Source of the DNA: Stegostoma tigrinum
Lineage: Eukaryota
NCBI RefSeq assembly: GCF_030684315.1
Contig: NC_081365.1
Location: forward strand, 32,143,394-32,207,393
Direction: 5' to 3'
Length of the DNA stretch: 64,000 nucleotides
In this document: piece after piece, positions 11,402 through 23,429 of the stretch
Layout of the letters: the number at the start of each line of letters is the position of its first letter
How positions within the stretch are numbered: the first letter of the stretch is position 1
Notes under the pieces: generated by a model
Database searches by the model: none
The model's input: only the letters and a program-made list of their open reading frames with translations
What the model was told of the DNA's origin: nothing
Position numbers and translations under genes: made by a program

Positions 11402-13122
11402 CAGAAATAGTAAGAACTGCCGATGCTGGAGTCAGAGATAACACAGCGTGGAGCTGGAGGAACACAACGGGCTAGACAGTATCAGAGGAGCAGGAAAGCT
11501 GATGTTTCGGGTCAGGACACTTCTTCAGAAATGGGGGAGGGGAAAGGGATCTCAGAAATGAACAGAGAGGGGGTTGCTGGGGAAGGTAGGTGGGATGGTG
11601 ACAGGTCAGTGCAGGCAGGGAGTGGTGGGGATTGGTCAGTGAGGTGGGAGGAGTGGATAGGTGGGAGAGAAGATGGGGAGACAGGTTGTGTCAGGTCAAG
11701 GAGGCGGGGATGAGAGGGAGCGTTGGTCATGGGATGAGGCCAGGGATGGGGAGATTTTGAAACTAGTAAAATCCACATTTAGGCCATTGGGCTTTAGGCT
11801 CCCAAGGTGGAATATGAGGTCCTGCTCCCCCAGTTTCCTGGTGGTGTCGTGATGACGCTGGAGGAGGCCCAGGATGGACATGTCACCCAGAGAGTGGGAG
11901 GGGTAGTTGAAATGGCTTACAACTGGAAGGTGATGTCGTTTGTCGCGAACAGAGAACAGATGCTCTACAAAGCGGTCTCTGAGCCTCCACTTGGTCTCAC
12001 CGATATAGAGGAAGCCACATTGGGAGCAGCGGATATAATAGACCACATTAACGGATGTGCAAGTGAACGTCCTTTTGAGGTGGAAGGTTTTTTTGGGGCC
12101 TGGGGCGGGGGTGAGGGAGGAGGTGTAGGGGCAGGTGGAGCACTTCCTGCGGTTGCAGGGGAAAGTGCTGCGTGTGGTGGGGCTGGAGGGGAGTGTGGAG
12201 CGGACAAGAGAGTCAGAGAAAGACCGGTCCCTACGGAAGGCAAATAGGGGTGGGGAGGGAAATATATCCGTCGTAGTAGGGTCGGATTGCAGGCGGCAGA
12301 GAATGATACATTGAATATGGAGGTTAATGGGGTCATATGTGAGGGGAAATCTGTTTTTTTTGTTGTGGCGAGGGGGCCTGAGTGCAGTGGTGTAGGAATC
12401 GCAACAGATGTGGTCAAGAGCATTTTCGACCACTGTGTGGGGGAGGAAAGTTGTGGCCCTTGAAATAGGAGGACATCTGGTATATACATGAGTGGAACGC
12501 CCCATCTTAGGAGCAGAGGCGGAGGAATTGGGAGTAGGGATTGCATTCTTGCAGGAAGGTGGATGAGAGGTGGCGTAATCTAGGTAGCTGTGGGAGTCGG
12601 TGAGTTTGAAATAGATGTTGGCTTTGAGGCGGTCACCAAAATGGAAATGGAGAGACCCAGGAAGGAGAGGGAGGTATTGGATATGGTCCAGGTAAATTTG
12701 ACATTGTGGTGAAAGGTGTTAGTAAATTTGATGCCTGAGTGTAGATTGGAGCCCACTGGGGATGATCTGGCTCCATAGGCAGGTGCTGAGAAAGGCAATG
12801 TGGCTGTAGTACCTTGTTGCTTCAGTACGTGGGCCAAGCAGTTTCAGGGCCAAAGAGGTTACCGCAGGGTTGCAGTGTGAGAGGGATCCACTGAAGTTTT
12901 CCCTGAGGGAGGAGGGTAACTTCTTCAAGATGGGTATCCCGAGAAGAGGCTTCACGGTGGGTTATAACTCACTCAGAGATAGCAAGAACTGCAGATGCTG
13001 GAGTCTGCAGATTCTCCCTTCCTCTTCCACGTTTCTGAAGAAGGGTCCCAACCCGAAATGTCAACGTTCCTGCTCCTCTGATGTTGCCTGGCCTGTTGTG
13101 CTCCTCCAGCTCCACACTGTGT
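11402..13122 (-). mobile_element. Neptune-type PLE with inverted 5' terminal repeat and 15-bp TSD, inserted in an older LINE
   Basis: ORF 11696-12505 has GIY-YIG VVYYIRCSQCGFLYIGET; an RT C-terminal remnant extends to about 12730; the terminal repeat recurs in + orientation at about 13010-13126. TATCAGTGAACAGAT at 11387-11401 and 13123-13137. Hammerhead motifs at 11499-11530(-) and 13033-13064(+). Confidence 0.88.
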
Positions 13123-13302
13123 TATCAGTGAACAGATTGTCACTGAACTAGTGCTGATTGATAGCACTGTTGATAATACTTTCCATCATTTTACTGATGC
13201 TCAAGCATAGACTGACATAGAAATAGTAGGATTTGACCTACTTTTCATGTATAGGAAATACCTGGGCAATTTGACATATTATTGGGTAAATGCCAATGTT
13301 GT

Positions 13303-13485
13303 AGAACATAGAACATAGAACATAGAAAAGTACAGCACAGTACAAGCCCTTCGGCCCACGATGTTGTGCCGTGGAATAATCCTAATCCAAAAATAAAATA
13401 ACCTAACCTACATTCCCCTCAATTCACTGCTGTCCATGTGCATGCCCAGCAGTCGCTTAAATGTCACTAATGACTCTGCTTCCAT
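13303..13485 (-). mobile_element. CR1 3' end with (agaacat)n microsatellite tail
   Basis: agaacatagaacatagaacatagaaaagtacagcacag followed by antisense CR1 3'UTR. Confidence 0.7.
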
Positions 13486-13959
13486 GACTTGAAGTATTGG
13501 AACTTGGTTCGGGATTTCGCAAGTTCTGGAACAGAAGGCTGAATACCATTGCCAAAATATTTGGGGGTGCCATGGGAGAGGCATAGTTGGTGATGACACT
13601 GTGTCAATGTTGCAGCATTGTCAATGAACTAATAACTGAGAGGCCCAGATGCACATGCATTTACAACCCACCATGAAAGATAATGAAATTAGAATGCAAT
13701 TAATACATCTGGAACTAAAATTAATTAGAATTATAACCTTAAAATCATTGTTAGTTTTCATTAAAAATATTTGGTTCACTTTAGGGAGGAAAATGTGCCA
13801 TCCTTACCTGGTCTGGCACACATATGGCTCCATACCCTGGCAATGTGGTTATCTCCTCACTGGCCCTCTGAAGTGACCTTGTTCATGATTCCCCTATTCT
13901 GTAAAAGAACAAAGAGAATTTTCGTCAGCGCCCACAGCTTTTCCAGTATCCAGTACACT

Positions 13960-14860
13960 TAGCCATTTCTAGATATTATGTGGAGTGAACTAATTTGGCA
14001 GAAGACAGGCATCTGTGATGCTGGAGACTTCTAGAGGAGGACAAGATGGGTCATCCACTTGGCACTTCTGGCTGAAGATATAAATGTACCTGCCTTATCT
14101 TACGTACTGATGCGTTGGGCTCTTCCATCATTGAGAATGGGGATATTTGTGGACCCTCTTCCTCCACTGAGTTGTTTAATTGTCCACCACAATTCACAAC
14201 TGAGCGTGGCAGCTCTGCAGACAGTATATTAATCCACTGGCTGTGGAATCACTTATCCCCGTCTATCATTGCTGCTTCTGCAGTTTGACATGCAAGTAAT
14301 CCTGTTTGGTAGCTTCACCAGGTTGATAGCTCAGTTTCAGGTGTGCCTGTGCTGCTCCAAGCACTCTCCAGTGAAGTAGAGTTGACCCCCCTGGCTTGAT
14401 GGTGTTGGTAGAGTTGGGCAACTGTCAAGTTGTGAGGTGCAGATGTGTTTGAATACATTCTGTTGCTGCTGATGGCACACAGCACCTCAAGGATGTCCAA
14501 TTCTTGAGTTGCTAGATCTGTTTGAAGTCTATCCCATTTAGTTCAGGCAAGATGGTGGATGGTATCCTCAATATAAAAATTGGACTTTGTCTCCACAAGG
14601 ACTGTGTGGCGGTCACTTTTGCAAGTACTGTTACAGGTAGATGCAACAACAGCAGGCAGATTAGTGAGGATATGGTGAAGTATGTTTTTTTCCTCTTGTT
14701 AGTTCCCTCACCACCTGCAACTAGACTGAGTCTAGCAGCTATGACTTTTGGTACTTGACCAGCTCAGTCAGTAGAGGTCCTGCCAAACCAGTCTTGATGA
14801 TGGATATTGAAAGCTCCCACACACAGAACAGATTTTACACCCTTGCTACACTCAACCCTT
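13960..14860 (-). mobile_element. Old LINE (CR1/L2-group) ORF2 remnant; related pieces at about 11100-11400, 13130-13300 and 45775-46210
   Basis: The segment catccacttggcacttctggctga..atg and its flanks recur at 14070 and 46030; frames are disrupted. Confidence 0.55.
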
Positions 14861-15754
14861 CCTCTTTTCTTCAGTTTTGTAATGATTTGAATTAAATTAT
14901 TGGGTCATTTCAAAGGGCAGTTAAGGGTCAACCAGATTGCTGTGCATTTGACATTGCATCTCACCCAGATTAGGGTAAAGAGAGCAGATTTTTTTCTGAA
15001 ATGGGATTAGTCAATCAGGAGGACTGTTATGGAAAAGGTAAAACAAAACAGCAAAACTTGTGAATGACACTTACTGGTCTGGCTTGTCTTTTCCAAAATT
15101 TCAAAGTGGAGTTCCAGTAAATGTCATTTTCAAGTATTATTGGTTATCCCCTTCTTGAGCCAATGAACAATATTTTCACAGTTATATGAGACTTTTAAGA
15201 GTAGATGTTTGAGATTCAAGTTCCACCACCTGACAAATATGGGATTACAACGCCTGGAGCAATATCTCAATTGTTCCCAGCAATAATAAAATCACGTCAA
15301 CAATTCTTTCTCTTTCACACTCAGTCGTTGCTATAAAGATATGCGATATATTCAGTGTGAGTAAAAACTAGGTGTGTCAGTTTGTTTTATAATGGGAGTG
15401 GATTGTTCCAAACGTGAGTTGCTCTTCAAGTCGGCTTAAGCATGTTAAAGTTTAGTGAATAGTAAAAAGGGACTAAAATGTTAAAGAAACAGGACAAAGT
15501 GGACTGAAAGAGATCTGGAAAATGTAAGTAAGCTGATTTTAAACATTATGAAAGCTGTAATTGAATTAAAATTATGCTGTGGCTTGATCCTTAGTGCTGG
15601 ACTTTGATTGATTTGAAAGTTCATATGACAGTGTGGCATGATTTTATTTATTCAAGCTTGATTTAAGCATGTCTGATTTTCACAGACACACAACTTCCTG
15701 AATTGTCACAGATGTAAGCAAGATTTTTTTTAACTTAAAAAGAAAATTGGGTGG

Positions 15755-17097
15755 AATCTAAGACAATAAGGCGTAGAGCTGGGTGAACACAGTAGGCCAA
15801 GCAGCATCTTAGGGGCAGAAAAGCTGACGTTTCAGGCCTAGGCCCTTCATCAGAAAAGGGGGAGGGGAAGGGGTATCTGAAATAAATAGGAAGAGATGGG
15901 GAAGCGGATGGAAGATGGATAGAGGAGAAGATAGGTGGAGAGGAGACAGACAAGTTAAAGAGGCGGGGATGGAGCCAGTAAAGAGAGCATAGGTGGGGAG
16001 TTAGGGAGGGGATAGGTCAGTCCAGGGAGGACTGACAGGTCAAGGGGCGTGATGTGGTTAGTAGGTAGGAAATAGGGGTGGGGTTTGAGGTGGGAGGAGG
16101 AGATAGGTGTGAGGAAGGACAGGTTAGGGAGGTGTGGGCAAGCTGGGCTGGTTTTGGGATGCAGTGAGGGGAGGGGAGATTTTGAAGCTTGTGAAATCCA
16201 CATTGATACCATTGGGCTGCAGGGTTCCCAAGCGGAAAATGAGTTGCTGTTCCTGCAACCTTTGGGTGGCATCGTTGAAGCACTGCAGGAGGCCCATGAT
16301 GGACATGTCGTCTAAGGAATGCGAGGGGGAGTTGAAATGGTTCACGACTGGGAGGTGCAGTTGTTTATTGCGAACTGAGCGGAGGTGTTCTGCAAAGCTT
16401 GGTTTTCCCAATGTAGAAGGGGCCACAACGGGTACAGCAGAAACAATATAATAAAGTGTGAAGCTGGATGAACACAGCAGGCCCAGCAGCATCTCAGGAG
16501 CACAAAAACTGACGTTTCGGGCCTAGGCCCTTCATCAGAGAGGGGGATGGGGTGAGGGTTCTGGAATAAATAGGGAGAGAGGGGGAGGCGGACCGAAGAT
16601 GGAGAGAAAAGAAGATATGTGGAGAGGAGAGTTTAGGTGGGGAGGCAGGGAGGGGATAGGTCAGCCCAGGGAAGACGGACAGGTCAAGGAGGTGGGATGA
16701 GGTTAGTAAGTAGGAAATGGAGGTGCGGCTTGGGGTGGGAGGAAGGGATGGGTGAGAGGAAGAACAGGTTAGGGAGGCAGAGACAGGCTGGGCTGGCTTT
16801 GGGATGCAGTGGGGGGGAAAAAATATCTTTGATGGTGGGGTCAGATTGTAGATGGTGGAAGTGTCGGAGGATGGTGTGTTGGATCTGAAGGTTGGTGGGG
16901 TGATTTGTGAGGATAAGGGGGATTCTCTTTTGGTGGTTATTGCGGAGACGGTGTGTGAGGGATGAGTTGCGGGAAATGCGGGAGACATGGTTGAGGGTGT
17001 TCTTGACCACTGCGGTGGGGGGGATGTTGCGGTCCTTGAAAAACGAGGACATCTGAGATGTGCGGGAGTGGAATGCCACATCCTGGGAGCAGACGTG
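15755..17097 (-). mobile_element. Partial-tandem array of Neptune-type PLE fragments (units at about 15755-16445 and 16450-17097)
   Basis: Two terminal-repeat copies closely similar to 6000-6360, GIY-YIG C-terminal ORF 16124-16492, and internal deletions near 16398 and 16815. Confidence 0.88.
16509..16540 (-). ncRNA. Minimal hammerhead ribozyme motif (another intact core at 15824-15855)
   Basis: ctCTGATGAagggcctaggcccGAAAcgTCag; stem II is a perfect palindrome (gggcctaggccc). Confidence 0.75.
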
Positions 17098-18539
17098 GGT
17101 GGGATCTAATGTGAGTATAAGTGAGGTGGGGTATGTGGAGTTTAGTAGAATTGAACAAGAAGTTTGTTGAGGCTCAGCTCAATGCCAGGATTATCTGTGG
17201 GAAGGGCTTGTGTGGTGTGGGCGGTGGTGGCTGGGTGGGTAATTGGGGTTATCCTCAGTTAACAGCACCCTGGCTTCGTATGATGGTGGGACAGTGGTGG
17301 TGTGAACATCCATACTGGGCGTGGACTCCTCATACGCCAGGGGCCAGATGGAAAGGTGGGCAAATGCAGGATCATGAAGGAGGGCTGGTAGATGTGAAAC
17401 CTGCTGGGTTTACAGAAAAAAGCTGCCAGGAAATGTGCTCAGATACTTGGGGCTTTCCCAAGATGTTGAGGCAGAGTCTACAAGCCACTGACTGAGGTCC
17501 TCCCACTGTCACCTTCCATCATGTTGGAAAACAAAAGTATGCAATCAGGAAGAAAATGTTTCTGACAACACTTGGAGTGAGCAGGGTTAGTGACTCGACC
17601 AGTGAGAGAGGAGCCTCTAGTCCCCGTTGACTTGAGGGCATTTAAAGGAAAGAACCTTGCACACAGCCCCATGTACTGTATCGGGCATGCCTATGGGGTC
17701 CCAGTTCCCTAGCCACCTTAAGGGATTGCCCGTCCTCTGTGTGTTGCATCATCCTGCCACAGGCATCACTGAACAATTCAGTCACCCCAGCACTTTTGGA
17801 TACAGAGGCTGCAAAGGAATTTGGATGTTGTATAAGGACGGCCTAAAAGGGCCCTGAGTGTCAAGGCCATTGGGTCATTGTGTGCCAGGCCTCTGCCTGA
17901 TCTCCCTCCACAGTGCCCAGATACCTGGGGCATTTCTTCCTTCAAAAGCCAAGGAGCTGCCACAGTGAGGTGCTCACCAGCTTGTGCTCCCACACTCTCT
18001 AAGGTTCCCACTGAGGTGTCAGTATCAGAGCCGGTGGGCAGTACAGGAGGCAGCCTTTATACTCTCATCCTCAAAGGCAGGAAATGCGACTTTTGGGAAA
18101 GCTGGGCATTCCACCACAGTCATGATAGACAAGCTGGCTATGAGGCTGATGATGTGGCCAGTAGATAGCAGTCCTGTGCAATAGATGACGATTACAATAA
18201 GGTTAATGTGATATTTGTGGTGGAGTGATGAGTGGTACTTATTCACTTGACAGAACATGGATGTCTCAGCATCCTCTTAAGGGCTTCTTCTGCGAGAGCA
18301 GGGTTCTCTCTTCACAGGGGCTAATGTGGAAGCTAATGCCCGGCACCATCACATGTACAGGGGCTCTCTCTGCTCTGTGATGGGCTGCCTTCTCCTGGAA
18401 TGATAAAAAAGGAGGGATTGAGGGAGATCAAGGTGGATGGCGCAGCTCTTAATGATGGTGCACTTGGATGAAAGGTGGTGAGGAGTTTTCGAGGGAGTGA
18501 GTAGGCTACACAAAAACATGACGGGTTATTGGTGTGGGC

Positions 18540-19960
18540 TGGAGGTATGGATTTGGAATGATAGTACATTAGTGTGGCTGAAGGATTGGCTACCACAAGA
18601 CAGAGAATTTGGGTAACGGGGGCATTTTCAGGATTGCAACCTTTAATCAGTAACACGCCACAGGAGTGATCAGTGCTAGGGCCATGAATGTTTATTAATT
18701 TTATAAATGACTTGGATTGGGGAGCCGAATGCACTCGCACCAAGTTTGCATATGACACAAAAAGGAAAGCAAGTGATGAGAATTTTACAAAAGAGTTTGC
18801 AGAGGGATATAGACAGGTTAAGTAAGTAGGCAAAAACTTGGTGATAAAGTGCAATGTTAGCAAATGTGAGGTTATGCATTTTGGCAAAGAGAAAAGAGGC
18901 ACTGAATGCAATTTAAATAAAAAAGACTGCAGAGAGTTACAAAACAGAGGGATTTGGGAACCTTTGTGAATAAATCTCGAAAAGTTAGCAAAAAGTTCAG
19001 AAACTAATAAGGAAGATAAATGGAATATTAGCCTTTATTTCAAAGGGAATGGGATATAAAAATAGAGTGATTTTGCTGAACTGCGAGGCACCAATCACAA
19101 TTCAACTGGGCTACTTAATCTTACCTAATCAAGACAAGTGATATGTAGGGACAGGCTTATAAGGAGAGATTGACTAATTTGGGCCTGTACTCATTGGGGC
19201 TTAGGAAAATTAGATGGGGCCTTCTTGAATATACAAGATTCTTAGGGGAATTGACAGGGTAGATAGGAAAAGTTTGATTCCCCCTGTGGGACAGTCTTGG
19301 TCCAAAGGGCATTATCTCAGCATAAAGTGCAGCACAGAGATAAGCAGTGTAGTGATTAAGTAAAATTCTTTACCACAGAGTGTTGTCAGGCCTCAGTCAC
19401 TAAGTGTGTTCAAAACTGAAATAGACAGCATTTTGAACGGTTAAGAAATAGATAACAACAAAGGTTATTGGGTAAGCAACGGCCTAGTGGTATTATCGCT
19501 GCACTGTTAATCCAAAGACTCAGATAATGTTCTGGGGACCCAGGTTTGAATCCCGCCATGGCAGATCATGGAATTTGAATTCAGTAAAAAAATCTGGAAT
19601 TAAGAATCTAATGATGACCATGAATCCATTGTCAATTGTCAGGAAAAACCCATCTGGTTCACTAATTTCCTTTAGGGAAGGAAACTGCCATCCTTACATG
19701 GTGTGGCCTACATGTGACTCCAGACACACAGTAATGTGGCTGACTCTGAATTGCCCCCTGGGAAATTAGGGATGGGCAATGAACACTGCCTAGCCAGTGA
19801 TATGCTCATCCAATGAATGAATAAATAAAAATAAATAAGGTTATAGCCAAGAAGAAGGAAAGTGTAGTTGAAGACTATCAGCTCAGCCATGATTTCTTTG
19901 GATGGCAGAGCAGTCTTGATGGGCTGAATGGCATATTTATGTCCCTGCATCTCATAGTTT
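18540..19960 (+). mobile_element. Degenerate CR1 RT C-terminus and 3'UTR, interrupted by a SINE
   Basis: TPQE*SVLGP..F..FINDLD, KFAYDTK and KCEVMHFG remnants of CR1 RT motifs. Confidence 0.8.
19469..19836 (+). mobile_element. Full-length SacSINE1/Deu-type SINE with 8-bp TSD
   Basis: tRNA-like head (ggcctagtggta..ggtttgaatccc), core ctggttcactaat.tcctttagggaagg..ctgccatccttac, tail (aatg/aata)n. AAGGTTAT at 19461-19468 and 19837-19844. Confidence 0.8.
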
Positions 19961-20584
19961 AATAGTTTTAGATGGGAGCCTCTCTGCAAATTAGACTCAA
20001 CTTGCTTTTGGAGTATTGGTGAAATTACTTTTCAAGAAATGATATAAATGTTGTGAATATGAATGATTAATGAATTGGGTAGCACTTGAATTTGAGTGCA
20101 AGCAGGAGAGAAGACCCCACAAAATTATCCAGAGAAAACATCTTCCGATGACACCCAATGCACTAGGAATGTTAATTACATCTGAAAATGTGAGTTAGTG
20201 ATGAAAATGAAGAAAGTTGAGTGATGGGAATGCTAGTTGAGTCCAGAGAGCTGGAGGAATAAAAATAAAGGATTGGCGTGTGACTAGTGACTAGTAACAG
20301 ACTGCAGTCTCCAAGTAAAGCCAGAAAGATCCTTCCAGTTTCATCTAGTTTAAAATTCAGTAAATTACAACCCTGTATTTTGTTGACGATATCATATCAG
20401 ATGATGTGGCCAACTTTGTACAGTAGTCTGCAACAGGAACACACATCCCTGATTTGCATGAATGATATGCCTAATGGTTAGATTCAAACAGCTAATGTTG
20501 TCTGCTTTGGAGAACCCAAAAAGATTCTCAGAACCATATTTGCAGTCACTGTCACATTTATACAATTTAAGTGGGTACTGAAAA

Positions 20585-20766
20585 ATCTCCACAAAGGCAG
20601 GCGCACCGTCACCAAGTCACCCTTTATTTACATGCAGAGAGTCCTTTATACTGATACAGCTCCCTCAGAGCCAGCTCTCAGAACCTTTGACACTCCAGTT
20701 CTTATCTGCCAGCTGGAGCTCCTTGATTGGAATAGATTTATAGCCCCAATCTGAGAACTCATATTA
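20585..20766 (-). mobile_element. Gypsy 3' LTR, split by a CR1 insertion (continues at about 23391-23425)
   Basis: LTR-like sequence with AATAAA on the - strand; gagaactcatatt rejoins tattctatgaggtc..ctggctgacctcat after the CR1; adjacent to Gypsy pol. Confidence 0.55.
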
Positions 20767-23390
20767 GACCAAAAGACATAGGAGCAGAAATTAGGCCATT
20801 CATCCCAAAGTCTGCTCCACCATGGCTGATAAGTTTCTCAAACCCATTCTCCTGTTTTCTCCCTGTAACCTTTGACACCCTTGACAATCAAGAACCTATC
20901 TATCTGCGTTTTAGATATATTCAATGACCTGGCCTCCACAGCCTTCTATGGCAGTGAATTCCACAGATTCACTACTGTCTGGCTTTCTCCTCATCTCCAA
21001 TTGAAGAGGTCTTCCCCTTACTCTAAGGCTGTGCCCTCAGGCCCTAGCCTCTCCCACCAATGGAAATATCTTCCCAACATTCACGCTGTCCAGGCCATTC
21101 AGTGTTCTATAAGTTTCAAGTAGATTCCTCCCTCATCCTTCTAAACTCCACGGGTACAGACCCAGAGTCCCCAAATGTTCCTTCAGCCTTTCATTCCTGA
21201 AAACGTTCTTGTGAACCTCCTTTGGACCCAGTCCAGAGCCAGAATATCCTTCCTGAGGTATGGGCCACAAAATTGCTCACAATATCCTAAATGTGGCCTG
21301 GCTAGAGCTTTATAAAGCCTCAGAAATACATCCCTGCTTTTATAGTTTAGTCCTCAGGAAATAAATGCCTTTCTAACCATCGATTCAAGTTGCAATTTAC
21401 CTTAAGAGAATCCTGGACTAGGACTCCCAAGTCCCTTCAGATTTCTGAATTTTCTCCCATTTAGAAAATATGCCTCTGTTCTTCTTACCAAAGTGCATGA
21501 CCTCATACTTTCTCACATTGTATTCCATCTGCCACTTCTTTGCCCACTCTCCTAACCTGTTTAATTCTTTCTACAGTCTCCCCACCTTCTCAATACCACC
21601 TGACACCCCACCTATCTTTCTATAACCTACAAACTTAAGCAGACTGCCCTTAGTTTCTTCATCTAGATCACTAATATATGAAGTGAAAAGTTGTGGTACC
21701 AACACTAATCCTTGTGGAACATCACTAGTCACCGTTTGCCATTCTGAGAAGGACCCTTTTAACCACGTTGCCTGCTTTCTGCCAGACAGCCAGTCTTCTA
21801 TCTATGTCTGTACCTTGCCTCTAACACCATGGGCCCTTAACTTACTCACCAGCCTCCTGTGTAGCACTTTGTCAAATGCCTTCTGGAAGTTCGGGTAGAT
21901 AACATCCATTGGCTCTCCTAGGTCTAACCTGCTCATTATGTCCTCAAAGAATTCTAACAGATTTTTCAGACATGACCTCCTCTTGAGGAAGTCATACTGA
22001 CTTGTCCTATTTTACCTTGCACTTCCAAGTATTCAGAAATCTCATCCTTCACAGTGGACTCCAAAATCTTACCAACAACTGAGGTCAGGCTAATCTGCCT
22101 ATAAGTTCCTGTCTTTCGCCTCAATCCCTCCTTAAACAGAGGGTTTCCATTAGTGATTTCCAGTCCTCCGGGACCATTCCTGACTCCAGTGAATCCTGAA
22201 AGATCACGACTAACATTATCTCAACAGCTATCTCCTTTAGAACTCTGGGGTGTAGCCCATCTGGTCCAGGTGATTTATCCACCTTCAGCCCTTGCAGTTT
22301 TTCTAGCATCTTCTCCTTGGTGATGGCCACCATACTCATCTCTGTCCCCTGACCCTCTTGAATTTTTGAGACATTACTTGTGTCTTCCAAAGTGAAGGCT
22401 GACACAAAATGCTTGTTCAGTTCTTCTGCCATTTTTTCTATCATTTTTACTTTGCCACTGTCATTTTACAACAGCCCAACGTCCACTTTTGCCTTTTTGT
22501 TGCCCTTTATATATCTAAAAAAGACTCTTGCAATCTTGTTTATATTACTGGCTAGCTAACCCTCATGTTTAATCTTCTCTCTCTTTATTTCATTTTTTTG
22601 TTGTCCTCTCTTGGTCTTTGTAGGCTTCCCAATTCTCTGGATTCCCACTGTCCTTCGGAACATTATATGTTTTCTCTTTTGCACTTACGCAGTCCCAGAC
22701 TTCCCTTGTCAATCATGAATGCCTTGTCCTCCCTTTAGTATGCTATTTTTTCGTGGGGGTGAATTTCTGTTGTGTCTCCCAAATCACTCCCAGAAACTTG
22801 TGCCATTGTTGTTCCACTGTCTTTCCTGCTAGGCTCCTCTTGTAGTCAATTCTGGCCAGCTCCTCCCTCATACCTCTGTAGATGCCTTTTTTCAACAGTC
22901 ATACTGTTATACCTGATTCCAGCTTCTCCCCATCAAATTGCAGAGTAAATTCTATCAGATTATGGTCTCTGCCTCCTCAGGGTTCCTTCATCTTAAGCTC
23001 CCTTAGCAAGTCTGCCTCATTGCACACACTATATTCACAATTGCCTGTTCCCTTGTGGACTCCACCACAAGCTGTTCCAAAAAGCCATCTCATAGACATT
23101 TCATAAATTTCTTTCCTTGTAATCCACTACCAACCTGATTTTCCCAGTGCACTGTGTAATAAAATCTCACACGATCACTGTAACCTTGCCTTTCTTACAA
23201 ATCTTTTCTATCTCCTGGTATATATTCTGTCCCACTTCTTGTTTACAGGTTGGAGGCTTTTATATAATTCCCATTGTGGTCTTTTTTAAGCTTTGCATTT
23301 CCTCAACTTCTACCCACACAGATTCTACATCATTTGACTGTACATCATTTTTTGCTATTGATTTAATTTCATTTTTTACTAAAAAGTAAG
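20767..23390 (-). mobile_element. CR1 LINE, about 2.6 kb, internally deleted and degenerate
   Basis: MAEELNKHF.SAFT.ED and KSPGPDGLHPRVLKEIA..IFQDSLESGMVPEDWK (22121-22444); CR1 3' tail at the 20770 end. Confidence 0.9.
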
Positions 23391-23429
23391 TATTATTCTA
23401 TGAGGTCGGCCTGGCTGACCTCATAGATT

